Both the position numbers and the translations under genes were made by a program. From Eledone cirrhosa (Eukaryota), in contig OZ024744.1 in NCBI GenBank assembly GCA_964016885.1, positions 11,160,001 through 11,224,000 on the forward strand: 64,000 nucleotides of DNA, written 5' to 3'. Shown one piece after another: positions 1 to 13,500 of the stretch (its first letter is position 1; every line of letters starts with the position of its first letter). The notes beneath the pieces were generated by a model. That model ran no database searches. It was given only the letters and a program-made list of their open reading frames with translations, and was not told where the DNA came from.

Positions 1-3000
1 TGTGTTGTTATACTCCAATATGTTGTGTTGTTATACTCCAATATGTTGTGTTGTTTTACTCCAATATGTTGTGTTGTTGTACTCCAATATGTCATGTTGC
101 TGTACTCCAACATGTCGTGTTGTAGTACTCCAATATGTTTTGATGTTGTACTCCAATATGTTGTGTTTTTGTACTCCAATATGTTGTGTTGTTGTACTCC
201 AATATGTTGTGTTGTTATACTCCAATATGTTGTGCTGTTGTACTCCAATATGTCATGTTGTTGTACTCCGATATTTCGTGTTGTTCTACTCCAATATTTC
301 GTGTTGTTGTACTCCAATATGTTGTGTTGTTGTACTCCAATATGTTGTGTTGTTGTACTCCAATATGTTGTGTTGTTGTACTCCAATATGTGATGTTGTT
401 GTACTCCAATATGTCGTATTGTTGTACTCCAATATATTGTGTTGTTATACTCCAATATTTCGTGTTGTTTTAGTCCAATATGTCATGTTGTTTTACTCCA
501 ATATTTCGTGTTGTTGTACTCCAATATGTCATGGTGTTGTACTTCAATATGTCGTATTGTTGTACTCCAATATGTTGTGTTGTTGTTCTCCAATATGTCG
601 TGTTGTTATACTCCAATATGTTATGATGTTGTACTCCAATATATTGTGTTGTTGTACTCCAATATGGTGTGTTGCTGTACTCCAATATGTTGTGTCGTTG
701 TACTCCAATATGTTGTGTTGTTGTACTCCAATATGTTGTGTTGTGTTGTTGTACTCCAATATGTTGTTGTACTCCAATATGCCATGTTGTTATACTCCAA
801 TATGTCGTGGTGTTGTACTCCAATATGTCATGTTGTTGTACTCCAATATTTCGTGTTGTTGTACTCCAATATGTCGTGTTGTTGTACTCCAATATGCTGT
901 GTTGGCTGTGCTCCAATACGTTGTGTTGTTGTACTCCAATATGTTGTGCTGCTGTACTCCAATATGTTGTGTTGTTGTACTCCAATATGTTGTGTTGTTG
1001 TACTCCAATATGTTGTGTTGTTATACTCCAATATGTTGTGCTGTTGTACTCCAATATGTTGTGTTGTTATACTCCAATATGTAGTGTTGTTATACTCCAA
1101 TATGTTGTGTTGTTGTACTCCAATCTGTTGTGTTGTTATACTCCAATATATTGTGTTGTTATACTCCAATATGTTGTGTTGTTTTACTCCAATATGTTGT
1201 GTTGTTGTACTCCAATATGTTGTATTGTTGTTCTCCAATATGTCATGTTATACTCCAATAAGTTGTGTTCTTGTACTCCAATATGTTGTGTTGTTGTACT
1301 CCAATATGTTGTGTTGTTGTACTCCAATATATCATGTTGTCGTACTCCAATATGTCATGTTATACTCCAATATGTCGTTGTTATACTCCAATATGTCATG
1401 ATGTTGTACTCCAATATGTCGTGTTCTTGTACTCCAATATGTCGTGTTGTCGTACTCCAATATGTTGTGTTGTTGTACTCCAATATGTTGTGCTGTTGTA
1501 CTCCAATATGTTGTGTTGTTGTACTCCAATATGTTGTGTTGTTATACTCCAATATGTTGTGATGTTGTACTCCAATATTTCGTGTTGTTGTACTCCAATA
1601 CGTCGTGTTGTACTCCAATATGTTGTGTTGTTATACTCCAATATGTTATGTTGTTGTACTCCAATGTGTCTTGTTGTTGTACTCCAATATGTTTTGATGT
1701 TGTACTCCAATATGTTGTGTTGTTGTACTCCAATATGTTTTGATGTTGTACTCCAATATGTTGTGTTGTTGTACTCCAATATGTTGTGTAGTCGTATTCC
1801 AATATGTTGTGTTGTTGTACTCTAATATGTTTTGTTGTTATTCTCCAATATGTTGTGATGTTGTACTCCAATGTGTTGTGTTGTTGTACTCCAATGTGAT
1901 GTGTTGCTGTACTCCAATATGTTGTGCTGTTGTACTCCAATATTTTTTGTTTTTTGTACTCCAATATGTTGTGTTGTTATACTCCAATATGTTGTGTTGT
2001 TATACTCCAATATGGTGTGTTGTTGTACTCCAATATGTTGTATTGTTTTCTCCAATATGTCATGTTATACTCCAATATGGTGTGTTCGTGTACTCCAATA
2101 TGTTGTGTTATTGTACTCCAATATGTTGCGTTGTTGTACTCCAATATGTTGTGTTGTTATACTCCAATATGTCGTGTGGCTATACTCCAATATGTCATGT
2201 TGTTGTACTCCAATATGTCTTGTTATAGTCCAATATGTCGTGTTGTTGTACTCCAATATATCATGTAGTTGTACTCCAATATTTCGTGTTGTTGTACCCC
2301 AATATGTAGTGTTGTTTATACTCCAATATGTTTTGCTGTTGTACTCCAATATGTTGTGTTGCTGTACTCCTATATGTTGTGTTGTTATTCTCCAATATGT
2401 TGTGCTGTTGTACTCCAATGTGTTGTGTTGTTATACTCCAATGTGTTGTGTTGTTATACTCCAATATGTTGTGTTGTTGTAGTCCAATATGTTGTGTTGT
2501 CGTACTCCAATATGTTGTGTTGTTATACTCCAATATTTCGTGTGGTTGTACTCCAGTATGTCATGGTGTTGTACTTCAATATGTCGTGTTGTTGTACTCC
2601 AATATGTTGTCTTGTTGTACCCCAATCTGTTGTATTGTTGTACTTCAATATGTTCTGTTGTTGTACTCCAATATATTATGTTGTTGTATTCCAATATGTT
2701 GTGTTGTTGTACTCCAATATGCTGTGTTGTTGTACTCCAATATGTTGTGTTGTTGTACTCCAATATGTTGTGTTGTTGTACTCCAATATCTTGTGTTCTT
2801 ATACTCCAATATGTTGTGTTGTTATACTCCAATATGTTGTGTTGTTGTACTCCAATATGTTGTGCTGTTGTACTCCAATAGGATGTGCTGTTGTACTCCA
2901 ATATGTTGTGTTGTTATACTCCAATGTGTTGTGTTGTTGTACTCCAATATGTTGTGCCGTTGTACTCCAATATTTTTTTGTTTTTGTACTCCAAAATGTT

Positions 3001-6000
3001 GTGTTGTTATACTCCAATATGTTGTGTTGGTGTACTCCAATATGGTGTGCTGTTGTACTCCAAATCTCGTGTTGTTATACTCCAATGTGTTGTGTTGTTA
3101 TACTCCAATATGGTGTGTTGTTGAACTCCAATATGTTGTATTGTTTTTCTCCAATATGTCATGTTATACTCCAATATGTCGTGTTGCTGTACTCCAATAT
3201 GTCATGCTGTTGTACTTCAATATGTTTTGCTGTTGTACTCCACCGTGTTGTGTTGTTGAACTCCAATACGTTGTGTTGTTGTTCTCCAATATTTTGTGCT
3301 GTTGTACTCCAATTTGTGTTGTTGTACTCCAATATGTTGTGTTGTTGTACTCCAATATGTTGTGTTGTTGTACTCCAATATGTTGTGTTGTTATACTCCA
3401 ATATGTTGTGCTGTTGTACTCCAATATTTCGTGTTGTTGTACTCCAATACGTCGTGTTGTTGTACTCCAATATGTTTTGATGTTGTACTCAAATATGTTG
3501 TGTTGTTGTACTCCAATATGTTTTGATGTTGTACTCCAATATGTTGTGTTGTTGTACTCCAATATGTTGTGTAGTCTTACTCCAATATGTTGTGTTGTTG
3601 TACTCCAATATGCTGTGATGTTGTACTCCAATATGATGTGATGTTGTACTCCAATGTGTTGTGTTGTTGTACTCCAATGTGATGTGTTGTTGTACTCCAA
3701 TATGTTGTGCCATTGTACTCCAATATTTTTTATATTTGTACTGCAATATGTTGTGTTGTTATACTCCAATATGTTGTGCTGTTGTACTCCAAATCTCGTG
3801 TTGTTATACTCCAATGTGTTGTGTTGTTATACTCCAATATGGTGTGTTGTTGTAGTCCAATATGTTGTATTGTTTTTTTCCAATATGTCATGTTATACTC
3901 CAATATGTTGTGTTCGTGTACTCCAATATGTTGTGTTATTGTACTCCAATATGTTGCGTTGTTGTACTCCAATATGTTGTGTTGTTATACTCCAATATGT
4001 TGTGTTGTTGTACTCCAATGTGTTGTCTTGTTGTACTCCAAAAGGCCATGTTATCGTACTCCAATATGTCTTGTTATACTCCAATATGTCGTGTGGCTGT
4101 ACTCCAATATGCCATGTTGTTGTACTCCAATATGTCTTGTTATAGTCCAATATGTCGTGTTGTTGTACTCCAATATGTCATGTAGTTGTATTCCAATATT
4201 TCGTGTTGTTGTACCCCAATATGTCGTGTTGTTTATACTCCAATATGTTTTGCTGTTGTACTCCAATATGTTGTGTTGCTGTATTCCAATATGTTGTGTT
4301 GTTATTCTCCAATATGTTGTGCTGTTGTACTCCAATGTGTTATGTTGTTATACTCCAATATGTTGTGCTGTGCTACTCCAATATATTGTGTTGTTGTACT
4401 CCAATGTGTTGTGTTGTTATAATCCAATATGTTGTGTTGATTTACTCCAATATGTTGTGTTGTTGTACTCCAATCTGTTGTGTTGTTATACTCCAATATG
4501 TTGTGTTGTTATACTCCAATATGTTGTGTTGTTTTACTCCAATATGTTGTGTTGTACTCCAATATGTTGTGTTGTTGTACTCCAATATGTTGTGTTGTTG
4601 TAATCCAATATCTTGTGTTGTTATACTCCAATATGTTGTGTTGATGTACTCCAATATGTTGTGTTGTTGTACTCCAATGTGTTATGTTGTTATACTCCAA
4701 TATGTTGTGCTGTGCTACTCCAATATAGTGTGTTGTTGTACTCCAATGTGTTGTGTTGTTATACTCCAATATGTTGTGTTGTTATACTCCAATATGTTGT
4801 GTTGTTTTACTCCAATATGTTGTGTTGTTGTACTCCAATATGTCATGTTGCTGTACTCCAACATGTCGTGTTGTAGTACTCCAATATGTTTTGATGTTGT
4901 ACTCCAATATGTTGTGTTTTTGTATTCCAATATGTTGTGTTGTTGTACTCCAATATGTTGTGTTGTTATACTCCAATATGTTGTGCTGTTGTACTCCAAT
5001 ATGTCATGTTGTTGTACTCCGATATTTCGTGTTGTTCTACTCCAATATTTCGTGTTGTTGTACTCCAATATGTTGTGTTGTTGTACTCCAATATGTTGTG
5101 TTGTTGTACTCCAATATGTTGTGTTGTTGTACTCCAATATGTGATGTTGTTATACTCCAATATGTCGTATTGTTGTACTCCAATATATTGTGTTGTTATA
5201 CTCCAATATTTCGTGTTGTTTTAGTCCAATATGTCATGTTGTTTTACTCCAATATTTCGTGTTGTTGTACTCCAATATGTCATGGTGTTGTACTTCAATA
5301 TGTCGTATTGTTGTACTCCAATATGTTGTGTTGTTGTTCTCCAATATGTCGTGTTGTTATACTCCAATATGTTATGATGTTGTACTCCAATATATTGTGT
5401 TGTTGTACTCCAATATGTTGTGTTGCTGTACTCCAATATGTTGTGTCGTTGTACTCCAATATGTTGTGTTGTTGTACTCCAATATGTTGTGTTGTTGTAC
5501 TCCAATATGTTGTTGTACTCCAATATGCCATGTTGTTATACTCCAATATGTCGTGGTGTTGTACTCCAATATGTCATGTTGTTGTACTCCAATATTTCGT
5601 GTTGTTGTACTCCAATATGTCATAGGGGCTATACTCCAATATGGTGTGTTGTTGTACTCCAATATGCTGTGTTGCTGTACTCCAATAGGTTGTGTTGTTG
5701 TACTCCAATATGCTGTGTTGGCTGTGCTCCAATACGTTGTGTTGTTGTACTCCAATATGTTGTGCTGCTGTACTCCAATATGTTGTGTTGTTGTACTCCA
5801 ATATGTTGTGTTGTTGTACTCCAATATGTTGTGCTGTTGTACTCCAATATGTTGTGCTGTTGTACTCCAATATTTTGTGCTGTTATACTCCAATATATTG
5901 TGTTGTTATACTCCAATATGTTGTGTTGTTGTACTCCAAAATATTGTGTTGTTATACTCCAATATGTTGTGTTGTTATACTCCAATATGTTGTGCTGTTA

Positions 6001-9000
6001 TACTCCAATATGTTGTGTTGTTGTACTCCAATATGTTGTGCTGTTATACTCCAATATTTTGTGTTGTTATACTCCAATATGTGGTATTGTTGTACTCCAA
6101 TATGTTGTGCTGTTGTACTCCAATATGTTGTGTTGTTATACTCCAACATGTTGTGTTGTTATACTCCAATATGTTGTGTTGTTATACTCGAATATTTTGT
6201 GTTGTTATACTCGAATATCTTGTGTTGTTATACTCGAATATGTTGTGCTGTTGTACTCCAATATGTCGTGTTGTTGTACTCCAATATATCATGTAGTTGT
6301 ACTCCAATATTTCGTGTTGTTGTACCCCAATATGTAGTGTTGTTTATACTCCAATATGTTTTGCTGTTGTACTCCAATATGATGTGCTGTTGTACTCCAA
6401 TATGTTGTATTGTTGTTCTCCAATATGTCATGTTATACTCCAATAAGTTGTGTTCTTGTACTCCAATATGTTGTGTTGTTGTACTCCAATATATCATGTT
6501 GTCGTACTCCAATATGTCATGTTATACTCCAATATGTCATTGTTGTACTCCAATATGTCGTGTTGTTGTACTCCAATATGTCGTGCTGTTGTACTCCAAT
6601 ATGCTGTGTTGTTATACTCCAATATGTTGTGTTGTTGTACTCCAATATGTTGTGTTGTTATACTCCAATATGTTGTGTTGTTGTACTCCAATATGTCATG
6701 TTGTTGTACTCCAATATGTTGTGTTGTTGTACTCCAATATATCATGTTGTCGTACTCCAATATGTTTTGATGTTGTACTCCAATATATTGTGTTGTTGTA
6801 CTCCAATATGTTGTGTAGTCGTACTCCAATATGTTGGGTTGTTGTACTCCAATATGATGTGATGTTGTACTCCAATATGATGTGCTGTTGTACTCCAATG
6901 CGTTGTGTTGTTGTACTCCAATATGCTGTGTTGTTATACTCCAATATGTTGTGTTGTTATACTCCAATCTGTTGTGTTGTTATACTCCAATATATTGTGT
7001 TGTTATACTCCAATATGTTGTGTTGTTTTACTCCAATATGTTGTGTTGTTGTACTCCAATATCTTGTATTGTTGTTCTCCAATATGTCATGTTATACTCC
7101 AATAAGTTGTGTTCTTGTACTCCAATATGTTGTGTTGTTGTACTCCAATATGTTGTGTTGTTGTACTCCAATATATCATGTTGTCGTACTCCAATATGTC
7201 ATGTTATACTCCAATGTGTCATTGTTGTACTCCAATATGTCGTGTTGTTGTACTCCAATATGTTGTGTTGTTGTACTCCAATATGTTGTGTTGTTGTACT
7301 CCAATATGTTGTGTTGTTGTACTCCAATATGTTGTGTTGTTATACTCCAATATGTTATGTTGTTGTACTCCAATATGTCATGTTGTTGTACTCCAATATG
7401 TTTTGATGGTGTACTCCAATATGTCGTGTTGTTATACTCCAATATGTTATGATGTTGTACTCCAATATATTGTGTTGTTGTACTCCAATATGTTGTGTTG
7501 CTGTACTCCAATATGTTGTGTCGTTGTACTCCAATACGTTGTGTTGTTGTACTCCAATATGTTGTGTTGTTGTACTCCAATATGTCATGTTGTCGTACTC
7601 CAATATTTCGTGTTGTTGTACTCCAACATGTCATGGTGTTGTACTCCAATATGCTGTGTTGTTGTACTCCAATATGTTGTGTTGTTGTACTCCAATATGT
7701 TGTGTTGTTGTACTCCAATATGCCATGTTGTTATACTCCAATAGGTGGTGGTGTTGTACTCCAATATGTCATGTTGTTGTACTCCAATATTTCGTGTTGT
7801 CGTACTCCAATATGTCATAGGGGTTGTACTCCAATATGCTGTGTTGCTGTACTCCAATAGGTTGTGTTGTTGTACTCCAATATGCTGTGTTGGCTGTGCT
7901 CCAATACGTTGTGTTGTTGTACTCCAATATGTTGTGCTGCTGTACTCCAATATGTTGTGTTGTTGTACTCCAATATGTTGTGTTGTTGTACTCCAATATG
8001 TTGTGTTGTTGTACTCCAATCTATATCGCTGTTGTACTCCAATATGTTGTGTTGTTGTACTCCAATATGTTGTGCTGTTGTACTCCAATATGTTGTGCTG
8101 TTGTACTCCAATATTTTGTGCTGTTATACTCCAATATATTGTGTTGTTATACTCCAATATGTTGTGTTGTTGTACTCCAAAATATTGTGTTGTTATACTC
8201 CAATATGTTGTGTTGTTATACTCCAATAAGTTGTGCTGTTATACTCCAATATGTTGTGTTGTTGTACTCCAATATGTTGTGCTGTTATACTCCAATATTT
8301 TGTGTTGTTATACTCCAATATGTGGTATTGTTGTACTCCAATATGTTGTGCTGTTGTACTCCAATATGTTGTGTTGTTATACTCCAACATGTTGTGTTGT
8401 TATACTCCAATATGTTGTGTTGTTATACTCGAATATGTTGTGTTGTTATACTCAAATATCTTGTGTTGTTATACTCGAATATGTTGTGCTGTTGTACTCC
8501 AATATGTCGTGTTGTTGTACTCCAATATATCATGTAGTTGTACTCCAATATTTCGTGTTGTTGTACCCCAATATGTAGTGTTGTTTATACTCCAATAAGT
8601 TTTGCTGTTGTACTCCAATATGTTGTGTTGCTGTACTCCTATATGTTGTGTTGTTATTCTCCAATATGTTGTGCTGTTGTACTCCAATGTGTTGTGTTGT
8701 TATACTCCAATATGTTGTGTTGATTTACTCCAATATGTTGTGTTGTTGTACTCCAATCTGTTGTGTTGTTATACTCCAATGTGTTGTGTTGTTATACTCC
8801 AATATGTTGTGTTGTTGTAGTCCAATATGTTGTGTTGTCGTACTCCAATATGTTGTGTTGTTATACTCCAATATTTCGTGTGGTTGTACTCCAATATGTT
8901 GTGCTGTTTTACTCCAATATGTTGTGTTGTTGTACTCCAATATGTTGTATTGTTTTTCTCCAATATGTCATGTTATACTCCAATAAGTTGTGTTCTTGTA

Positions 9001-10500
9001 CTCCAATATGTTGTGTTGTTGTACTCCAATATATCATGTTGTCGTACTCCAATATGTCATGTTATACTCCAATATGTCATTGTTGTACTCCAATATGTCG
9101 TGTTGTTGTACTCCAATATGTCGTGTTGTTGTACTCCAATATGTTGTGTTGTTGTACTCCAATATGTTGTGTTGTTGTACTCCAATATGTTGTGTTGTTA
9201 TACTCCAATATGTTATGTTGTTGTACTCCAATATGTCATGTTGTTGTACTCCAATATGTTTTGATGTTGTACTCCAATATGTTTTGTTGTTGTACTCCAA
9301 TATGTTTTGATGTTGTAGTCCAATATGTTGTGTTGTTGTACTCCAATATGTTGTGTAGTCGTACTCCAATATGTTGTGTTGTTGTACTCCAATATGTTGT
9401 GATGTTGTACTCCAATATGATGTGCTGTTGTACTCCAATGCGTTGTGTTGTTGTACTCCAATATGCTGTGTTGTTATACTCCAATATGTTGTGTTGTTGT
9501 ACTCCAATATGTTGTGTTGTTGTACTCCAATATGTTGTGTTGTTGTAATCCAATATCTTGTGTAGTTATACTCCAATATGTTGTGCTGTTGTACTCCAAT
9601 ATGTTGAGTTGTTATACTCCAATATGTAGTGTTGTTATACTCCAATATGTTGTGTTGTTGTACTCCAATCTGTTGCGTTATACTCCAATATGTTGTGTTG
9701 TTATACTCCAATATGTTGTGTTGTTATACTCCAATATGTTGTGTTGTTTTACTCCAATATGTTGTATTGTTGATCTCCAATGTCATATTATACTCCAATA
9801 AGTTGTGTTCTTGTACTCCAATATGTGTTGTTGTTGTACTCCAATATGTTGCGTTGTTGTACTCCAATATATCATGTTGTCGTACTCCAATATGTCATGT
9901 TATACTCCAATATGTTTTGATGCTGTACTCCAATATGTTGTGTTGTTGTACTACAATATGTTGTGTTGTTGTACTCCAATATGTTGTGTTGTTATACTCC
10001 AATATGTTGTGCTGTTGTACTCCAATATGTTGTGTTGTTATACTCCAATATGTAGTGTTGTTATACTCCAATATGTTGTGTTGTTGTATTCCAATCTGTT
10101 GTGTTGTTATACTCCAATATATTGTGTTGTTATACTCCAATATGTTGTGTTGTTTTACTCCAATATGTTGTGTTGTTGTACTCCAATATGTTGTATTGTT
10201 GTTCTCCAATATGTCATGTTATACTCCAATAAGTTGTGTTCTTGTACTCCAATATGTTGTGTTGTTGTACTCCAATATGTTGTGTTGTTGTACTCCAATA
10301 TATCATGTTGTCGTACTCCAATATGTCATGTTATACTCCAATATGTCGTTGTTATACTCCAATATGTCATGATGTTGTACTCCAATATGTCGTGTTCTTG
10401 TACTCCAATATGTCGTGTTGTCGTACTCCAATATGTTGTGTTGTTGTACTCCAATATGTTGTGCTGTTGTACTCCAATATGTTTGTTGTTGTACTCCAAT
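1..10500 (+). repeat. Higher-order block paralogous to ~32320-44000 (offset 32.4-33.5 kb); first ~5.4 kb also paralogous to ~20957-26500
   Basis: Offsets: 1265>33631 and 3654>36020 (32366), 4937>37352 (32415), 8763>42114 (33351), 10236>43750 (33514), and 1265>22266 (21001). Variants shared with the 32-44 kb copy but not the intermediate copies: GCCATG 4111/36477, TGTATTCC 4921/37336, GTGATGTTGTTA 5141/37556. Confidence 0.8.
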
Positions 10501-13500
10501 ATGTTGTGTTGTTATACTCCAATATGTTGTGCTGTTGTACTCCAATATGTTTGTTGTTGTACTCCAATATGTCATGTTGTTTTACTCCAATATTTCGTGT
10601 TGTTGTACTCCAATATGTCATGGTGTTGTACTTCAATATGTCGTATTGTTGTACTCCAATATGTTGTGTTGTTGTTCTCCAATATGTCGTGTTGTTATAC
10701 TCCAATATGTTATGATGTTGTACTCCAATATATTGTGTTGTTGTACTCCAATATGTTGTGTTGCTGTACTCCAATATGTTGTGTCGTTGTACTCCAATAT
10801 GTTGTGTTGTTGTACTCCAATATGTTGTGTTGTTGTACTCCAATATGTTGTTGTACTCCAATATGTTGTTGTACTCCAATATGCCATGTTGTTATACTCC
10901 AATATGTCGTGGTGTTGTACTCCAATATGTCATGTTGTTGTACTCCAATATTTCGTGTTGTTGTACTCCAATATGTCATAGGGGCTATACTCCAATATGG
11001 TGTGTTGTTGTACTCCAATATGCTGTGTTGCTGTACTCCAATAGGTTGTGTTGTTGTACTCCAATATGCTGTGTTGGCTGTGCTCCAATACGTTGTGTTG
11101 TTGTACTCCAATATGTTGTGCTGCTGTACTCCAATATGTTGTGTTGTTGTACTCCAATATGTTGTGTTGTTGTACTCCAATATGTTGTGTTGTTGTACTC
11201 CAATCTATATCGCTGTTGTACTCCAATATGTTGTGTTGTTGTACTCCAATATGTTGTGCTGTTGTACTCCAATATGTTGTGCTGTTGTACTCCAATATTT
11301 TGTGCTGTTATACTCCAATATATTGTGTTGTTATACTCCAATATGTTGTGTTGTTGTACTCCAAAATATTGTGTTGTTATACTCCAATATGTTGTGTTGT
11401 TATACTCCAATATGTTGTGCTGTTATACTCCAATATGTTGTGTTGTTGTACTCCAATATGTTGTGCTGTTATACTCCAATATTTTGTGTTGTTATACTCC
11501 AATATGTGGTATTGTTGTACTCCAATATGTTGTGCTGTTGTACTCCAATATGTTGTGTTGTTATACTCCAACATGTTGTGTTGTTATACTCCAATATGTT
11601 GTGTTGTTATACTCGAATATTTTGTGTTGTTATACTCGAATATCTTGTGTTGTTATACTCGAATATGTTGTGCTGTTGTACTCCAATATGTCGTGTTGTT
11701 GTACTCCAATATATCATGTAGTTGTACTCCAATATTTCGTGTTGTTGTACCCCAATATGTAGTGTTGTTTATACTCCAATATGTTTTGCTGTTGTACTCC
11801 AATATGATGTGCTGTTGTACTCCAATATGTTGTATTGTTGTTCTCCAATATGTCATGTTATACTCCAATAAGTTGTGTTCTTGTACTCCAATATGTTGTG
11901 TTGTTGTACTCCAATATATCATGTTGTCGTACTCCAATATGTCATGTTATACTCCAATATGTCATTGTTGTACTCCAATATGTCGTGTTGTTGTACTCCA
12001 ATATGTCGTGCTGTTGTACTCCAATATGCTGTGTTGTTATACTCCAATATGTTGTGTTGTTGTACTCCAATGTGTTGTGTTGTTATACTCCAATGTGTTG
12101 TGTTGTTATACTCCAATATGTTGTGTTGTTGTAGTCCAATATGTTGTGTTGTCGTACTCCAATATGTTGTGTTGTTATACTCCAATATTTCGTGTGGTTG
12201 TACTCCAGTATGTCATGGTGTTGTACTTCAATATGTCGTGTTGTTGTACTCCAATATGTTGTCTTGTTGTACTCCAATCTGTTGTATTGTTGTACTTCAA
12301 TATGTTCTGTTGTTGTACTCCAATATATTGTGTTGTTGTACTCCAATATGTTGTGTTGTTGTACTCCAATATGCTGTGTTGTTGTACTCCAATATGTTGT
12401 GTTGTTGTACTCCAATATGTTGTGTTGTTGTACTCCAATATCTTGTGTTCTTATACTCCAATATGTTGTGTTGTTATACTCCAATATGTTGTGTTGTTGT
12501 ACTCCAATATGTTGTGCTGTTGTACTCCAATATGATGTGCTGTTGTACTCCAATATGTTGTGTTGTTGTACTCCAATGTGTTGTGTTGTTGTACTCCAAT
12601 ATGTTGTGCCGTTGTACTCCAATATTTTTTGTTTTTGTACTCCAAAATGTTGTGTTGTTATACTCCAATATGTTGTGTTGGTGTACTCCAATATGGTGTG
12701 CTGTTGTACTCCAAATCTCGTGTTGTTATACTCCAATGTGTTGTGTTGTTATACTCCAATATGGTGTGTTGTTGAACTCCAATATGTTGTATTGTTTTTC
12801 TCCAATATGTCATGTTATACTCCAATATGTCGTGTTGCTGTACTCCAATATGTCATGCAGTTGTACTTCAATATGTTTTGCTGTTGTACTCCACCGTGTT
12901 GTGTTGTTGAACTCCAATACGTTGTGTTGTTGTTCTCCAATATTTTGTGCTGTTGTACTCCAATTTGTGTTGTTGTACTCCAATATGTTGTGTTGTTGTA
13001 CTCCAATATGTTGTGTTGTTGTACTCCAATATGTTGTGTTGTTATACTCCAATATGTTGTGCTGTTGTACTCCAATATTTCGTGTTGTTGTACTCCAATA
13101 CGTCGTGTTGTTGTACTCCAATATGTTTTGATGTTGTACTCAAATATGTTGTGTTGTTGTACTCCAATATGTTTTGATGTTGTACTCCAATATGTTGTGT
13201 TGTTGTACTCCAATATGTTGTGTAGTCTTACTCCAATATGTTGTGTTGTTGTACTCCAATATGCTGTGATGTTGTACTCCAATATGATGTGATGTTGTAC
13301 TCCAATGTGTTGTGTTGTTGTACTCCAATGTGATGTGTTGTTGTACTCCAATATGTTGTGCCATTGTACTCCAATATTTTTTATATTTGTACTGCAATAT
13401 GTTGTGTTGTTATACTCCAATATGTTGTGCTGTTGTACTCCAAATCTCGTGTTGTTATACTCCAATGTGTTGTGTTGTTATACTCCAATATGGTGTGTTG

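Noticed and set aside
4033-4060. Divergent monomer TACTCCAAAAGGCCATGTTATCG as possible foreign DNA or a TE footprint
   Set aside because: It is exactly 23 bp, in phase, and alignable to the TGCCATGTTGTCG variant. It recurs eight times as part of duplicated blocks.
5620-5632. G-run CATAGGGG as a G-quadruplex element or insertion remnant
   Set aside because: It is a single G4 run inside a normal-length 23-bp monomer. Copies are at least 1.5 kb apart, and it is derivable by substitutions.
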